Source: Mustelus asterias
Lineage: Eukaryota
Reading direction: 5' to 3'
Length of the DNA stretch: 64,000 nucleotides
NCBI RefSeq assembly: GCF_964213995.1
Contig: NC_135810.1
Coordinates: forward strand, 83,638,001-83,702,000
A model generated the notes under the pieces. That model saw nothing but the letters and a program-made list of their open reading frames with translations, was not told where the DNA came from and did no database searches. This document shows positions 49,083 to 63,015 of the stretch, piece by piece. The translations under genes and the position numbers were made by a program. How positions within the stretch are numbered: the stretch's first letter is position 1; each line of letters opens with the position of its first letter.

Positions 49083-49799
49083 GAGAAGCTGGGGTAGAAG
49101 TACTAATGTCTTTCAACTTGCTAAAACAGCTCGTTGAAGGTGACATGAAAAGTCTTATTCAGTAAGACTGTAATTATTAATCTTTACTTAACAGTTCAGT
49201 CAAATCCTGTAGGTTATATTTCACAATGAGGTATCAAAGCTATTGGTCCATAACAATTAACATCAGCATTGCAAGGAACAATAGAACTAAATCTTTTTCT
49301 TTGTTTAACAGTGAGCTTCTGTAGAAATCCTTGCAGTATACTGAATTCTCTTGGTAGAAGGAGCCCTCATTAGCTGATCTTTTTGATTATGGAGTTCCCA
49401 TTTTACAGTGTAGCAGCACTGAAGTATTGGTGGTGTAATTTAACAAGACAGCTGATTCCATTCAAAGACTGCAAAGCTGCACACTGTAGACTATGCCTTT
49501 CAAAAGATTAAGCTGGTTTTGTTGATTTAACTAGAGTGCACAGGCCATTGTGCATTTGCAAGCAATAATTAAACTCGAGCATGAAGTATTTTAGTTTTAG
49601 TGGAAAATGGAAATTAAAAGATGTCATCGTTTTTGAATTAAATGCAAGGTAATGAATAATGAGAAGGATTATAACTTTGTCACATAGCAAAGTTTCTGTA
49701 TTTTTTTGTGAAATGAGTGCCTTGCCTCCTTCCTGCCCCCTGTTTCCATCAGTGTGTCTCCTCTGTTTATCTTTGCAGTCATCATTGCCTGATCTCACA

Positions 49800-50510
49800 G
49801 GAGCTTGGAAACAGAAGGCCCTCAGTTAGATCATGGCTGATCTACATCTCCATTTCATTAAGGTGTTTTTGACCCCTTATGTAACAAAATTTAACAACCT
49901 CAGCCAAAAGATTTTAATAACTCAGCACCCATAACCTTTTGGAAAAAACAGTTCCAGGTTTTCATTAATTTTTTTGTGGAAACATGCACTCCCTAATTTC
50001 ACTCCTAAATGGCCTAGCTCTAATTATAAGATGTTTGATTGTCCATCCCATGAAATAGTTTATCTGCAACTACTCTATTAAATATTTATTTCGTTTTAGA
50101 GACTTTGATTACATCACCTAAACTCATGTGAATGCAAACCAATTTTTATGAAATCTGATATCCCCATATGTTGATCCTTCAAGCCCTCACATTATGTATC
50201 TTCCCTTAGGTTCTATACCTGAAACTGAATGTAGTGCTTCAGATAGGATCTGACCGAGTCTCGACAAATTCTTCACTTTTATATTCCATTTCTTTTTGAG
50301 ATAAGGTGCAACATCCCATTAGCTTTTTTGATTACTTTTTGTATTGCTACACTAGCTTTTAGTGATCAGCACACATGGATACCTATGTCTCTACTCCGCC
50401 ACAGCTCAGAATCTTTCTGCTTAGAAGAAAATTGTCTTTCTCAACTCTAAAGTAAATAACATCAAACCTCCTCATATTGAACTCCATCTGACAGAGCTTT
50501 GCCCACTTTT
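49800..50510 (-). mobile_element. Highly decayed CR1 3' fragment
   Basis: gatcatggctgatct tail and ..aactccatctgacagagctttgcccact. Confidence 0.6.
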
Positions 50511-50519
50511 CTCCAACAA

Positions 50520-51195
50520 AAGAGAATCTAACCATGTCCCCATGATATTACTGTTGCTGAATCCTGCACTATCAACATCTTGGGATTTACCAATGACCAG
50601 AAACTGAACTTGACCTGTGCAGGTCAGAGGCTGGGAATCCTGCGGCATGTAACTGTCCTCCTGATTCCCGAAAGCCTGTCCATTATCAACAAGGTACAAG
50701 TCAGCTATGTGACGGAATACTCTCCACTTACCTGGATGAATGCAGCTCCAATAATACTCAAGAAGCTTGATACCATCCAGGACAAAGCAGCCTGCTTGAA
50801 TGGCACCTCATCCATCAACATCCACACCCTCCACCACAAATGCACAGGGACAGTAGTGTCTTCCATCTTCAGGATGCACTGCAGCAACTTACTAAGGCTT
50901 CCTCGACAACACCTTTCAAACCTGTGACCTCTACCACCTAGAAGGGCAAGGTCAGCAAACACAAGGGAACACTACCTGCAAGTTCCCTTCCAAGCCCCAC
51001 ACCTTCCTGACTTGAAACTATATTACCATTCCTTCAACGTGGCTGGGTCAAAAACCTAGCACCCCTTTCCTAACAGACGTGTGGGTATAACATGCATGGA
51101 CTGTTCAATAAGTCCCTGCCTTCTCAGGGGCAGTTATGGATGGGCAATAAATGGTGGCCTTGCCAATGATGCCCATTTCCCTTGAAAGAATTTTA
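50520..51195 (+). mobile_element. CR1/L2-group LINE 3' end
   Basis: AGQRLGILRHV..LSIINKVQVSYVTEYSPLTWMNAAPIILKKLDTIQDKAACL; tail gggcaataaatggtggccttgccaatgatgcccat. Confidence 0.75.
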
Positions 51196-51571
51196 AAAAT
51201 CTCCTTTAGTCTGCCTGTTCCACTTTATGGCTTCCTGCTCCCATCTACAGGGCATGCTTAGTGCAACTAGAACCTATTGTCATCGGCATACATGGATATA
51301 CTACTCACTATTTATTTTTCTATTTATATACACATATGTAAAAGTAATTAAATATGGAATACCACTTTGTCACATTCTGGCATTTAGATAATGTTCCCTT
51401 TATCTCTACTTTCTCAATTCTATCCTTCCCATCCCCAATCTGTTTTGAATTCTTTGACATAAATTTAAGTTTAGGCTTCGAGTTTGCTGATAAACTAGTA
51501 TCTTTGGGAAGGGAGGAATGGTGGTTTGTTCTTCCCATCATTTTAAACTTCAATGCAAGGAGAAACTGAGT

Positions 51572-51705
51572 TGTGACGATGGATCATCCAGACTTGAAAC
51601 ATTGGCTCCATTCTCTCTCCACAGATGCTGTCAGACTTGCTGAGATTTTCCAGCATTTTCTGTTTTTGTTTCCGATTCCAGCCTCCACAGTATTTTGTTT
51701 TTAAC
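51572..51705 (+). mobile_element. Penelope-like terminal fragment with degenerate hammerhead motif
   Basis: tgacgatggatcatccagacttgaaacattggctc..cacagatgctgtcagacttgctgag. Confidence 0.55.
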
Positions 51706-52479
51706 TATGCAATAGACGTTTGTTATCTTTCAGCAACTTTTCTCCACAGTCACTCCATTTGTGAAGATATTAATGTTTCATTAGTTCTGTAATACATCTG
51801 TGAGTTCTATAATTTTATCCATGAGTGCTTTGTGATTTTATTTGCAGATAAATTACTTTGATCATATTGCTAAGCAATACTGTAGCATTTTTGTTAATAA
51901 ACTAATTACTTTTCTGAGAAACTTTAAGGAAGAGGTAAAATATACTTGACTCTGTTATTGTCAAAATCTAGCCATTTCATTACATCTGGAATGCTGTGAT
52001 TTGGGTTAGATGTCAAGGGGAGAGGGAGGGTAAAGGGGGTTGTAGATTTACTGGGAGAAATTGGATCAGGGTGTGAACCTGGTGCTGCCACGCTATGGGA
52101 GCCTGAAGAGACTGACAGCAGAACCACATAGTTGTGGTCCCAGATGCCATTCACGGGAAGCAGCCAGGAAGGTGGGGTGTGCGGTGGCCAGCAGCAACAG
52201 CCTTCAATTTTCGTATAAAGTTGAGAGGAGCCCACATTTAGGTGCCCACATTGAGAGGAGCCCACATTTCTTACCCCCATAAAGCTTACCTTTTTGTTGC
52301 TGAGCTCCAGTGGGAGCTTTACGGATTATTGATTAGACTGTATGTAAACAAATTAATCCAGTTCAACAGGAAACCCATCCCTCCCGCAGGCCCCCCCCCC
52401 CCCCCCCCCCGGGTGTTCAGGGTAATCCAATTTGGATTGTAAAAAAAGGCATTAGGCAACATTACAGCAGAACAATAAA

Positions 52480-53240
52480 AGCTTGTATTTTATATAAGAC
52501 ATTCCAAGGTATTTTGAAGGACGTTATAAAGCAAAATTTAACACTTAACCATATGAGATTCGAGGGGCGGTGAACAAGTGTTTGGCCAAAGATAGGTTTT
52601 AAGGAAAATCTTAATTGAGAAATAAAGGGTTGAGAGGCAGAGGAACTTGTGGACGAATTTCCCAAGCCTAGAGTTTTGGCAGTTGAAGGCACAACTAATA
52701 GTGGAACAATTAAACCCAGCTCAAAGCACCAAGATTAGAGTAGTGCAGAAATTTTGGAAAGTTGTGGGGTTGGAGGAGATTGCAGAGATGGGAAGAATGA
52801 GACCATGGAGTGAGGTGGTTGAAGTCAAACTGGGTGTTGCCAGGCTATGTGTGACACTGTTTTCAGATGACATCACCGAGGGACAATATATAGATGAGAA
52901 ATAGGAGGGGTAAAGGTCAGATCCTTGGGGGTGTGGGGAACACCAGAGATAATGATGTGGAGCAGGAAACAAAGCCATTTTAATTCTCTGGTACGATTAG
53001 ATAGATAAGAATGGAACCAGGCGAGCACAGTGCCAACCAAATGGGTGACAGTAAAGGGGCAATGGAGGAGGAAGATTATGCTGATGCGATCAGCCATGTC
53101 AAAGGCTGTGGACAGATCGAGGAGGATGAAGAGGCATAGTTTAATTTTGTTACAGTCACATAACATGTCTTTTGTGACTTTGGTAAGATCTGTTTTGGTA
53201 CCTTGGCATGGGCGAAAACCTGATGGGAGATTCAAGGATC
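52480..53240 (-). mobile_element. L2 LINE fragments
   Basis: SGFRPCQGTKTDLTKVTKDMLCDC..ILLDLSTAFD..VLAWFHSYLSNR. Confidence 0.8.
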
Positions 53241-54547
53241 TGTTAGGTGTCCCCAGGGAAGACTAAACCAATATGATGTCAGGCATGTTTTTGATGTTTT
53301 CTGGTGCAGGACATTGGACCTGGTGGAATATGGGTGTGATATGAGTCCTGATTTCACACCTAATGTAACTAATCCATCTTATTTGTCAGTATATACCTAG
53401 CTTGATGCTGTTTGTTTAAGATGCCTAATTTGCATAGTGATAGTCGTTAGCGAATTCTTTCACATGTGTTTGAAGAAAAGTAGCAAGTAAGTATTGAAAT
53501 AAAGTGTGATTGCGCAAAATGAATAATTTATTACATTTTTGGAAAATGGGTCAGGTGGTGTTACTAAATAAGTAATTTTCATGCTAGTTGCTGTGGTTAA
53601 AAATTAATTGTGTATTTATTGATTTGAGTGAGGAGTTGAATTGAAAACGGAAGAACAGTTGAACTAATATATTACTGGAAGAGAATTATACATTTAATTG
53701 TTTTTTAGGGTGCAGGGAATAAATTATTAATTTTAATTTGATACTTAGAGACTTTAGATTTGACAGTACAAGAGGAATTACACAAGGATAGATAGATTTG
53801 TTATGAAAAACTGGACATATTAATTTGGAACATAACTAGAATAATGCTGGTATCAGGTATGGAAAAGTTACTTAATTACTTTTACGTTAGAATATTGCGA
53901 TTAACAGAAGGAATTATTTCGAGCAGAAGGTCTGAATGAGATAGATTGAATTGACCAGAGTAACAGTGGAGGTGCAAAAGCATGCGCTGGGTTGAACCTC
54001 AATAGCCAATAAAGTCCAAAACAGCTTTTTCAAAATAAAAAATGTTGCTTTCAATATATTTCAATATATTATGAAATGCTTCTTGAGCGGTAGAAGTGAT
54101 AAGCTAACATGCAAAAAGAAATTGGATTTAACAGGAGAAATAACTAATATCTATGTTCCCTGTTATTCGAGTTATTTGGACAGCAGTTTCTCGCAACTGC
54201 ATACACAGGATTAAGTTATCCTGCTCAGAAAGGATAGAGAGGGAATTAATGAAAAGTTGGGGTGTAGCATTATTGGTTAAAGAATCAGTTACAGCTATGA
54301 AGCTGCATGATAAACTGAATGAACATCAAATGAGACCATATGGGTTGAGCTCAGAAATAAAACACAGGCAACCACGTGACTAGGAGTATTCTATATACAC
54401 CCCAAATAGTGAGAAGGAGATAGAAGAGCAAATATGCAACATTTTGAGTCCAACAACAATAGGGCAGTAATAGTTTGGGGCTTCAATTACCCTAATATCA
54501 ACTGGGGCACGAACAGTGTGGGGACACAAAATTCTCAATCTCCACTT

Positions 54548-54770
54548 TTCTTTATTCATTTGTGGGACATGAGCGTCACTAGCTGCCAGTATTTATTGCC
54601 ATCCCTAGTTGTCCGAGGACAGTTGAGAGTCAGCTACATTGCTGTGGCTCTGGAGTCACATGTAGGCCAGGCCAGGTAAGGACAGCAAAGGATGGTAAAG
54701 GACATTAGTGAACCAGATGGGTTTTTCTGACAATCGACAACGGATTCATGGTCATCAGTAGATTCCAGAT
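54548..54770 (-). mobile_element. DeuSINE (SacSINE1-like) SINE nested in CR1
   Basis: acattgctgtggctctggagtcacatgtaggccag..ggacattagtgaaccagatggg; its 3' end resembles the LINE tail at 51125-51190. Confidence 0.55.
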
Positions 54771-56399
54771 ATATTTTTTCAAGAGAACCTTTTTAGGCAG
54801 CACATAACAACCCCGACAAGAGGGAGTGTAATTCTAGATTTAGTCTTAGGAAATAAAGGTAGGCAAGTTGGTAAAATAGAATGGGTGACCATTTTGGAGA
54901 TAAGTGACCATAATATGATTTGGCATCATTATGGAAGTATAAATTCTAAATTGGGGAAAGACAATTTTTACAAAGCTGAGATGCGATCTGGTGAAAGTGA
55001 ACTGGTTACTGTTACTTGAAGGGAAATCAGTGACAGACCAGTGGAGGCGTACAAAAATAACATTCTACAGACAGTGTAGACACATCCCCACAAAGTAAAT
55101 GGGTGGGTGATGTTGCCAAACCTCGAGCCCCCTGGTTATCTAGAAGCATACAGGGTGAGCGAAAGCAAAAAAAAGAAAGCGTATGACAGTCACAAAACAA
55201 TTAATGTTCCAAAGCTGAGAGGAGTATAGAAAATACAGGGGTGAAGTAACAAAAATGAAATCAGGAAAGCAAGGAGAGAGTTTGGAAATATATTGGCAGC
55301 TAAAATCAAGAAAAACCCAAAAGTGTTTTATCAGTACATTAAGAACAAGAGGATAACTAAGGAAAGGTGAGGGTTTATCAGGGTGTCCAAGGTGACTTCT
55401 CTGCTGATGCAGAAGATCTGGGCAGGGTTCTTATTAACTCCTCATTAGATATGGATGAGATACCAGAGGCATGGAGGTCTGCAAACGCTGCACCATTGTT
55501 GCAAAAGAGTGAAAGGGATAGGTGAAATAATTATGGGCCGGTCAGTCTGACCTTGGTGGTTGGCAAATTATTAAAGGCAATTCTGAGAGCCAGGATAAAC
55601 TATCACTTAGAAAGGCACACATAATCCGAGGTAGTCAGCATGGTTCTGTTGGGGGAAAGTTATATCTTACTAACTTAATTGAATGTTTTGAGGAAATAAT
55701 GAGGAGGATTGATAAGGGGGGAGTGCAGTGGATGTGGTCAACATGATTTTTAGGTAGGCACTTGACAAGATCCCACATGGCAGACTGGACAGAAAAGTAA
55801 AAGTCCATGAGACACAAGGAAATGTGGCGAATTGAATCCAAAATTGGATCTGGCAGGAAACAAAGGGTGATAGTTGATGGATCTTTTAGCGAATGAAAAA
55901 CGGTTCCCACAGGGCTCAGTGTTGGGTCCCTTACTGTTTGTAGTATATATTAATAATTTGGACTTAAATATGAGCGGCATGATTAGGAAGTTTGAAGGTG
56001 AAACAAGGATTGGCTGTGTAATTGATAGTGAAGTGGATAGCTGTGGACTCCAGGATGATATCAAAGGTTTGGTTGAGTGGATGGAAAAGTGGCAAATGGA
56101 ATTCAGTCCAGAGACGTGTGAGGTAATGCATTTGGGGAGGGCAAACAAAGCAAGGGGGGGATACTCAATAAATGCAAGATATTGAGAGGGTTAGAAGAAG
56201 TGAGAGATCTTGCAGTGCATGTCCACAGGTTCCTGAATGTGGCAGGATAGGTAGATTGGGTGGTGAAGAGAGCATATGGAATAATTTCCTTTATTGGGCG
56301 AGGTATTTAATTCAAAAGCAGGGACGTAATGATGAAACAGTACAAAATGCTGGTTGGACCACAGCTAGAATTTTGTGTGCTGTTCTGGTCACCACATTA

Positions 56400-56522
56400 C
56401 AGACATAGACATAGAAAACATAGACATAGAAACCCTACAGTGCAGAAGGAGGCCATTCGGCCCATCGAGCCTGCACCGACCACAATCCCACCCAGGCCCC
56501 ACCCCTACCCATTTACCCGCTA
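56400..56522 (-). mobile_element. HE1 SINE 3' fragment nested in CR1
   Basis: catagaaaccctacagtgcagaaggaggccattcggcccatcgagcctgcaccgaccacaatcccacc. Confidence 0.8.
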
Positions 56523-57674
56523 AGGTAAAGGAAGGACATTAATTGCCCTGGAGAGAGCACTGAGGAGATTTACAAGAACGTTACCAGGGCTGGAAAATTG
56601 CAGCTCTGAGGAAAGATTAAAGGTGACTTGACTGCGGTGTACAAAACGATGTGGGGCCTAGACAGGAAAGACCTGTTTCCTCTTGCAGAGAGATCAGTTA
56701 CCAGGGGACACAGGAAAGATTAGAGGGAATATTAGGAAGAACTTTTTCACCCAGAGGATGATGAGTTTGGAATTTGCTGACTGGTTTGGTGGTTGAGACA
56801 GGAACCCTCAACTCACTTAGAAGGTACCTGGATCTGCACCTGAAGTGCTGCAACCTGCAAGGCCAGGGTCTGGATGCTGGATGTGGGATTAGAATGGGTG
56901 GCGCATTTGTTTCAGCTGGCACGGGCATAATGGACTGAATGGCCTCGATCTGCTGTTACAACCACAGCAGGTGTTACTTGCTGAGCAAGGCAGATCGCAG
57001 AAGGAAACCTATCTTAAACCTGGTTTTTTTTGTACTTTGAAAATGAGGAGGAAATGCAATTGACTCCTGAAAGCATAAAACGCATGTAACACTTTTAGGA
57101 TTTTAAAAATTATTAACAAGAACAAAAAACTTAAGCACATAAGATTAAAGTTGCACAGTTAAAGCAGTCTTACCGACTAACCCCCTCCAAAAAACCTACT
57201 TGATCAGAACACACAAGTAAACTACCTTCTTGACAGCAGCTTGTTTATAGATTGTTAACTATAAAAACCCAGTTATATTATCCATTTTAATAAAAGTATA
57301 CCGCACATCTCCTCAAAACACTTCCATTCTGATGTGGAAATCCAAAATAAAGGCTCTGCTTTCTGAAAACAAAGATTTTTCCGACTTGAACTGGTTTGAA
57401 CCTTCTCCCAGTTCAATTAATCATACGCACTCACAAAACCTTCTTTGCAGAATGTCACCATAAACTCCCAAAACATTAAAAAAATAACATCCATCATCAC
57501 ACTGTGCTGTAACTTTCCTATGGTTCTAATGCAACAGGTTCTGCCACAGTTGCAATGTTCATCCAGAAGCTTTGCTTTCCCAGTGTCTTGCTGTGAAATT
57601 TGGCATTCAGATACAGCGTCAAGTTGTGGTATCATACCCACTGAACATGCCAGAAAAAGTTAGTGTTTGCCGAC

Positions 57675-60600
57675 TCAAAGAACAGTACAGCATAGGAACA
57701 GGCCCTTCAGCCCTGGAAGCCTGCTCCAATCACATTGTCCTAACTAGACCAACCTCCTGTACCCCTCTATTCCCTGCCTGTTCCAGTGTCTATCCAGATG
57801 AGTCTTAAATGCTGCTAACGTGTTTGCCTCAACCACCTCACTTGGCAGTGCATTACAGGCCCCCACCACCCTCTGTGTAAAAGCTTCCCCCGCACATCTC
57901 CACTGAACCTTCCTCTCCTCTGTCATTTCTGCCCTGGGAAAAAGCTTCCAACTGTTCACCTTATGTGTGCCCCTCATAATTTTATAAACTTCTATCAGGT
58001 TGCCCCGCAGCCTCCATCTTTCCAAAGAGAATAATCCCAGTTTATTCAATCTCTACTTCTAACTCATACCCTCCGTACCAGGCAACATCCTGGGAAACCT
58101 TTTCTGTACTCCCTCCAAAGCCTCCACGTCCTTCTGATATATGGCGACCAGAATTGGACACAGTATTCCAAATGTGGTCTAATCAACGTTTTATATAACT
58201 GTAAACATAATTTGCCTACTTTTATACCCGATGCCCCGGCCGATGAAGGCAGGTATGCCATATGCTTTCTTCACCACCTTTCCCACCTGTGCTGCCACTT
58301 TTAAGGATCTGTGGATCTGTACTCCCAGATCTGTGTGAATTGCTCCTGATGTTTCTGCCATTTATTTTATAGCTCCCACCTGAACTGGATCTACCAAAAT
58401 GCATCACCTCGCATTTGTCCGGATTAAATTCCATCTGCCATTTCTCCTCCCAATTTTCCAGCCTATCTATATCCTGCTGTATTCTCTGACAATCTTCATT
58501 ACCATCCACAACTTCAGCAATCTTAGCATCATCCGCAAACTTGCTAATCAGACCAGTTACGTTTTCTTCCAAGTCATTTGTATATATTACAAACAACAGA
58601 GGTCCCAGCACTGATCCCTGCAGAACACCACTAGTTACAGACCTCCATTCAGAAAAACACCCTTCCACCACTACCCTCTTGTCTTCTATGGCCAAGCCAG
58701 TTCTGAATCCATTTAGCTAGTTCACCCTTGATCCTGTGTGATTTAACCTTTTGCACCAGCCTGCCATGAGGGACCTTGTCAAATACTTTACTAAGGTCCA
58801 TGTAGACAATATCCATGGCCCTTCCCTCGTCAATCATTTTTGTCACCTCCTCAAAAAACTCAATCAAACTAGTGAGACACAACCTCCTTCATACAAAACC
58901 ATGCTGTCTGTCGCTAACAAGACCATTCAGCTCCAAATGTGTATAGATCCTATCCCTAAGAATCTTTTCCAACAATTTCACTATCACTGATGTAAGGCTC
59001 ACTCGCCTATATTTACTCCGGTTATCCTTGATACCCTTCTTAAATCACGGGACAACATTGGCTATCCTCCAATCCTCTGGGACCTTGCCTGGGGCCAATG
59101 AGGAAACAAAGATCAAACAAAGGAAACAAAGGCCCAGCAATTTCCTCCTTTGTCTCCCTCAGTAATCTGGGATAGATACCATCTGGCCCTGGGGATTTGT
59201 CTACCTTAATACTTTTTAATACACCTAACACTTCCTCCCTTGTAATGATGACTTGCTCTTGAGGGTTTACATACCCCTCCGAGACACCATCAGTCAACAT
59301 GTCCCTCTGCTTTGTGAACACCGATGCAAAGTACTCATTAAGGATCTCACCCACTTTCTTTGGTTCTATGCATAATTTCCCTCCTTTGTCCCTGAGTGGA
59401 TCAACTCTTTCTCTAGCTACCCTCTTGTTCCTATTGTACGTATAAAATGCCTCGGGATTCTCCTTAACCGTGCCTGTCAAGGACATTTTGTGACCCCTTT
59501 TTGCTGTCCTAACTCCCTTTTTGAGTTTTCTATTTTCCTTGAATTCTTCAAGTGCTTCATCTGTTTTTAGTCACCGAGACCTTTTTCTTTTTGACTAGAC
59601 TCACAATTTCCCTGATCATCCACGGTTCCCGAATCCTAACTTCCCTGTCCTTCCTTTTCACAGGCACATGCCTGTCCTGTGCTCTGATCAACTGCTCCTT
59701 AAAAGACTCCCACATGCCAGATGTGGGTTTACCCTCAAACAGCCTCTCCCAAACAACAGCCTCCAAATCCTGCCTAATCCGGTTGTCGTTAGCCTTCCCC
59801 CAATTTAGTACATTAACCCAAGGATAACACTTGTCCTTTTCCATGAGTATCCAAAAACTTACGGAATTGTGGTCACTGTTCATCACGTGTTCCACTACTC
59901 AACTTTGACCTGGCTGAGCTCATTCTCTAGTACCAGGTCCAGTCTAGCCTCTTCTCTAGTCGGACTATCTACATTTTGTTCCAAAAAACCTTCCTGGACA
60001 CACTTAACAAATGCCTCACCATCCAGACCCCTACCCTAAGGGATTTCCAGTCAATATGAGGAAAATGAAAGTCTCCCATTACAACAACCCTACTATTTCT
60101 ACATCTGTCCAGAATCTGCTTACACATCTGTTCTCCAACTTCCCGTGGGCTGTTGGGAGGCCCCATCATAGTGACTGCCCCCTTCCTGTTTTTGAGTCGA
60201 CCCACAGTTTCTTGTTGCATGATTCTTCCAAGGTGTCCTCCCTCTGTACAGCTGTAATATGTTCTGTAATCAGTATTGCAACTCCGCCATCTCTTTTGCC
60301 TTCCCCTCTGTCTCGCCTAAAACACCCAGAACATTTAGCTGCCAGTCCTGTCCCTCTTTTAACCAAGTCTCTGTAACTGCAACCACATCCAAGTTCTGCA
60401 CATGAATCAAGGCTCTAAGTTCACTTGTCTTACCTGTTATACTCCTTGCATTGGAGCAGATACACTCCAGACCTCCAGGCCCACTGAGTTTGATCTCCCT
60501 CAGCCTACTTTTTCTCTTAGCTAGCCTGGCCTTGGTCCCATGCTCATCCCCAGTTTCTACACTTGCTGACCCCTCTGCCACACTAGTTTAAACCCACCCG

Positions 60601-61520
60601 ATCCACACTAGCAAATCTCCCAGCCAGGATATTGGTGCCCTCCAGTTCAGGTGTAACCCGTCCTTGTACAGGCCCTACCTTCCCTGAAAGACATCCCAAT
60701 GATCCACAAATCAGAAGCCCTCCCTCCTGCACCAGTTCTTTAGCCACGTGTTCAGCTGCACTATCTCTCTGTTTCTAGCCTCACTAGCACATGGCACGGG
60801 GAGTAATCCTGAGATTGCTACCCTAGAGGTCCTGCTTTTTAATCTTCTACCTAACTCCCTAAATTGCCATTGCAGGACTTCGCTACTTTTTCTATCTGTA
60901 TCATTCATGCCAATGTGGACAATCACATCTGACTGATCTCCCACTCGTTTTAGGATACTTTGTACCAGCTCAGAGACATCCAGGACCCTGGCACCAGGGA
61001 GGCAAACTACCATCCTGGAGTCCATTTCGTGGCCACCGAAGCACCTATCTGTGCCCCTGACTATTGAATTCCCTACCACTATTACTTTGTTACACTTTGT
61101 ACCCCACCTCTGTGCAGCAGAGCTAGCTGTGGTACCTTCGCTTTGGCCACTGCTGTTGCTGTCCACTGATGGACCTTCCTCCTCATCAGTATCCAAGACA
61201 GCATACTTGTTAGATAGGGGGACAGCCATAAGGGACCCCTGCACTGGCTGCCTACCCAGTCTGCCGGTCACCCATCTATCTTCCTGCATCTTGGGTGTGA
61301 CCACATCTCTAGCTATTATCTACAACAATTTCAGCTAATTGTGTGCTCCTCAGTGCTTCCAGCTGCTGTTCTAACCGATCCATGTGTTCGGTGAGCATTT
61401 GCAACTGGATACACTTCCCACAGATGTAGACCTCAGGGACACGTGAAGTGTCCATGATACCCCACATCTTGCAGGAGTAGCACACAACCCTGCCACTTGA
61501 CATCTCTCTCCCTCTATTGG
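57675..61520 (-). mobile_element. Near full-length degenerate CR1 (HER1-like) LINE: ORF1 (Cys motif + coiled coil + SGNH esterase-like) and ORF2 (APE endonuclease + RT)
   Basis: ORF1: VCYSCKMW..YICGKCIQL, VIVVGNSIVRG..CLPGARV..VHIGMND. ORF2: CSNARSI..VAVTETWL, MGDFHFPHIDW, SDHNSV, KFADDAK. Multiple frameshifts. Confidence 0.93.
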
Positions 61521-61874
61521 TTGTGAGATTAAAAACTAAATACTAGTTAGGCACTTAAAAATTACTGCTGCTGCTCTCACGATTAGGCCCCCTAAAATTA
61601 GTGAACTCGAGCAAGTGAATTTTTTTTTAAAGACATGATAGTTTCACTGACAAATAATCGTTCTGAGATTGAAAATCAACTTTCAAAGCCAAGAAGGATT
61701 GGGGGAATCAGGAGGGTGGGGGAGGATTGTGGGGGGCAGGAAAGTGGAGTTGAGGCAATAATCAAATCAGTCATGATGTTATCGAATGGTGGAGCATTCC
61801 AGAGGGGCCAAATAGCCTATTCCTCCTAATTCTTATGTTCTTGTGGGTCTCTGCATAACTCAGTGAGGATTCTT

Positions 61875-63015
61875 CAATCTGAGCTAAAGCTCATGGTGTA
61901 GGGGGTAACATACTGGCATAGCTAGAAGATTGGCTAGTTAACAGAAACTGTTGGCATAAATGGGTCTTTTTCTGGTAGAATATGACAAGTGGTGTGCCAC
62001 AGGGATCAGTGTTGGGGCCTCAACCTTTTACAATTGATATAAATGACTTGGATGAAGGGACTGAAGGAATGGTTACTTGACGGCACAAACCTAGGTAGGA
62101 AAGTAAATTGTGAAGAGGACATAGGGAGGATACAATGGGACATAGATAATTTAAGTGAGTGGGCAAAAATCTGGCAAATGGAGCATAATGTGGGCTAATG
62201 TGAAATTGCCCATTTTGGCAGGAAGAATAAGAAAGAAATGATTAACTAAATGGGTGAAAGATTGCAGTAGTTTGAGATTCAAAGGGATCTGTGTGTCCGA
62301 GTGCATGAATCACAAAAGACTTAGATACAGGTACAGCAAGTAATTAGGAAAGTTAATGGAATGTTATCATTTATTGTGAGGAGAATTGAATACAGAAGTG
62401 GGAGGTTACGCTTCAATTGTACAGGGCATTAGTGAGCCCATATCTGGAGTATTGTGTATAGTATTGGTAGTCTTATTTAAGAAAAGATGTAAATACATTA
62501 GAAGCAGTTCAGAGAAGGTTTACTAGACTAATACCAGGAATGGGTGAGTTACCTTAAGAGCGAGGATTGGAGAGGTTAGGTTGAGTTTAGAAGAGATTAG
62601 GAAAAGTAAGGAGTGACTTGATTGAAACCTTTAAAATCCTGAGGGGTCTTCACAGGGTGGATGTGGTGAGGATATTCCCTCTTGTTGGAGAGTCTAGAAC
62701 TAAAGGTCCACTGTTTAAGGATAAATGGTTGTTTATTTAAGACAAAGATTAGGAGAATTTTTTTCTCAGAGGATTGAGAGTCTCTGGAACTCTCTTCCTC
62801 AAAAGGCAATGGAAGCAAAGTCTTTGAATATTTTTAAAGCAGAACTAAATAGATTCTTGATTAACAAGGGGGTAGAAGGTTATTGGAGGTAGGCAGGAAT
62901 GTGGGGATGAGATTACAATCAGGTCAGCCATGATCTTATTGAATGGTGAGCAGGCTCAAGGGGCCGAGTGGCCTGGCTCGAGGGGCCGAGTGGCCTGCCC
63001 CTGCTCCTAATTCTT
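61875..63015 (+). mobile_element. CR1 LINE 3' half
   Basis: gtgccacagggatcagtgttggggcctcaac ([11 protein letters not shown]); tail with duplicated ggctc(a/g)aggggccgagtggcct. Confidence 0.88.

Larger units (their letters stand above)
54190..56950 (+). mobile_element. Long decayed CR1 ORF2 (endonuclease to 3' tail) with nested SINE insertions
   Basis: [48 protein letters not shown]; nested inserts at ~54548-54770 and 56400-56522. Confidence 0.85.

Noticed and set aside
62952-62995. 22-bp tandem duplication in a CR1 tail (similar small duplications at 52222-52269 and ~59100)
   Set aside because: Common local duplications inside repeats with no sign of function.
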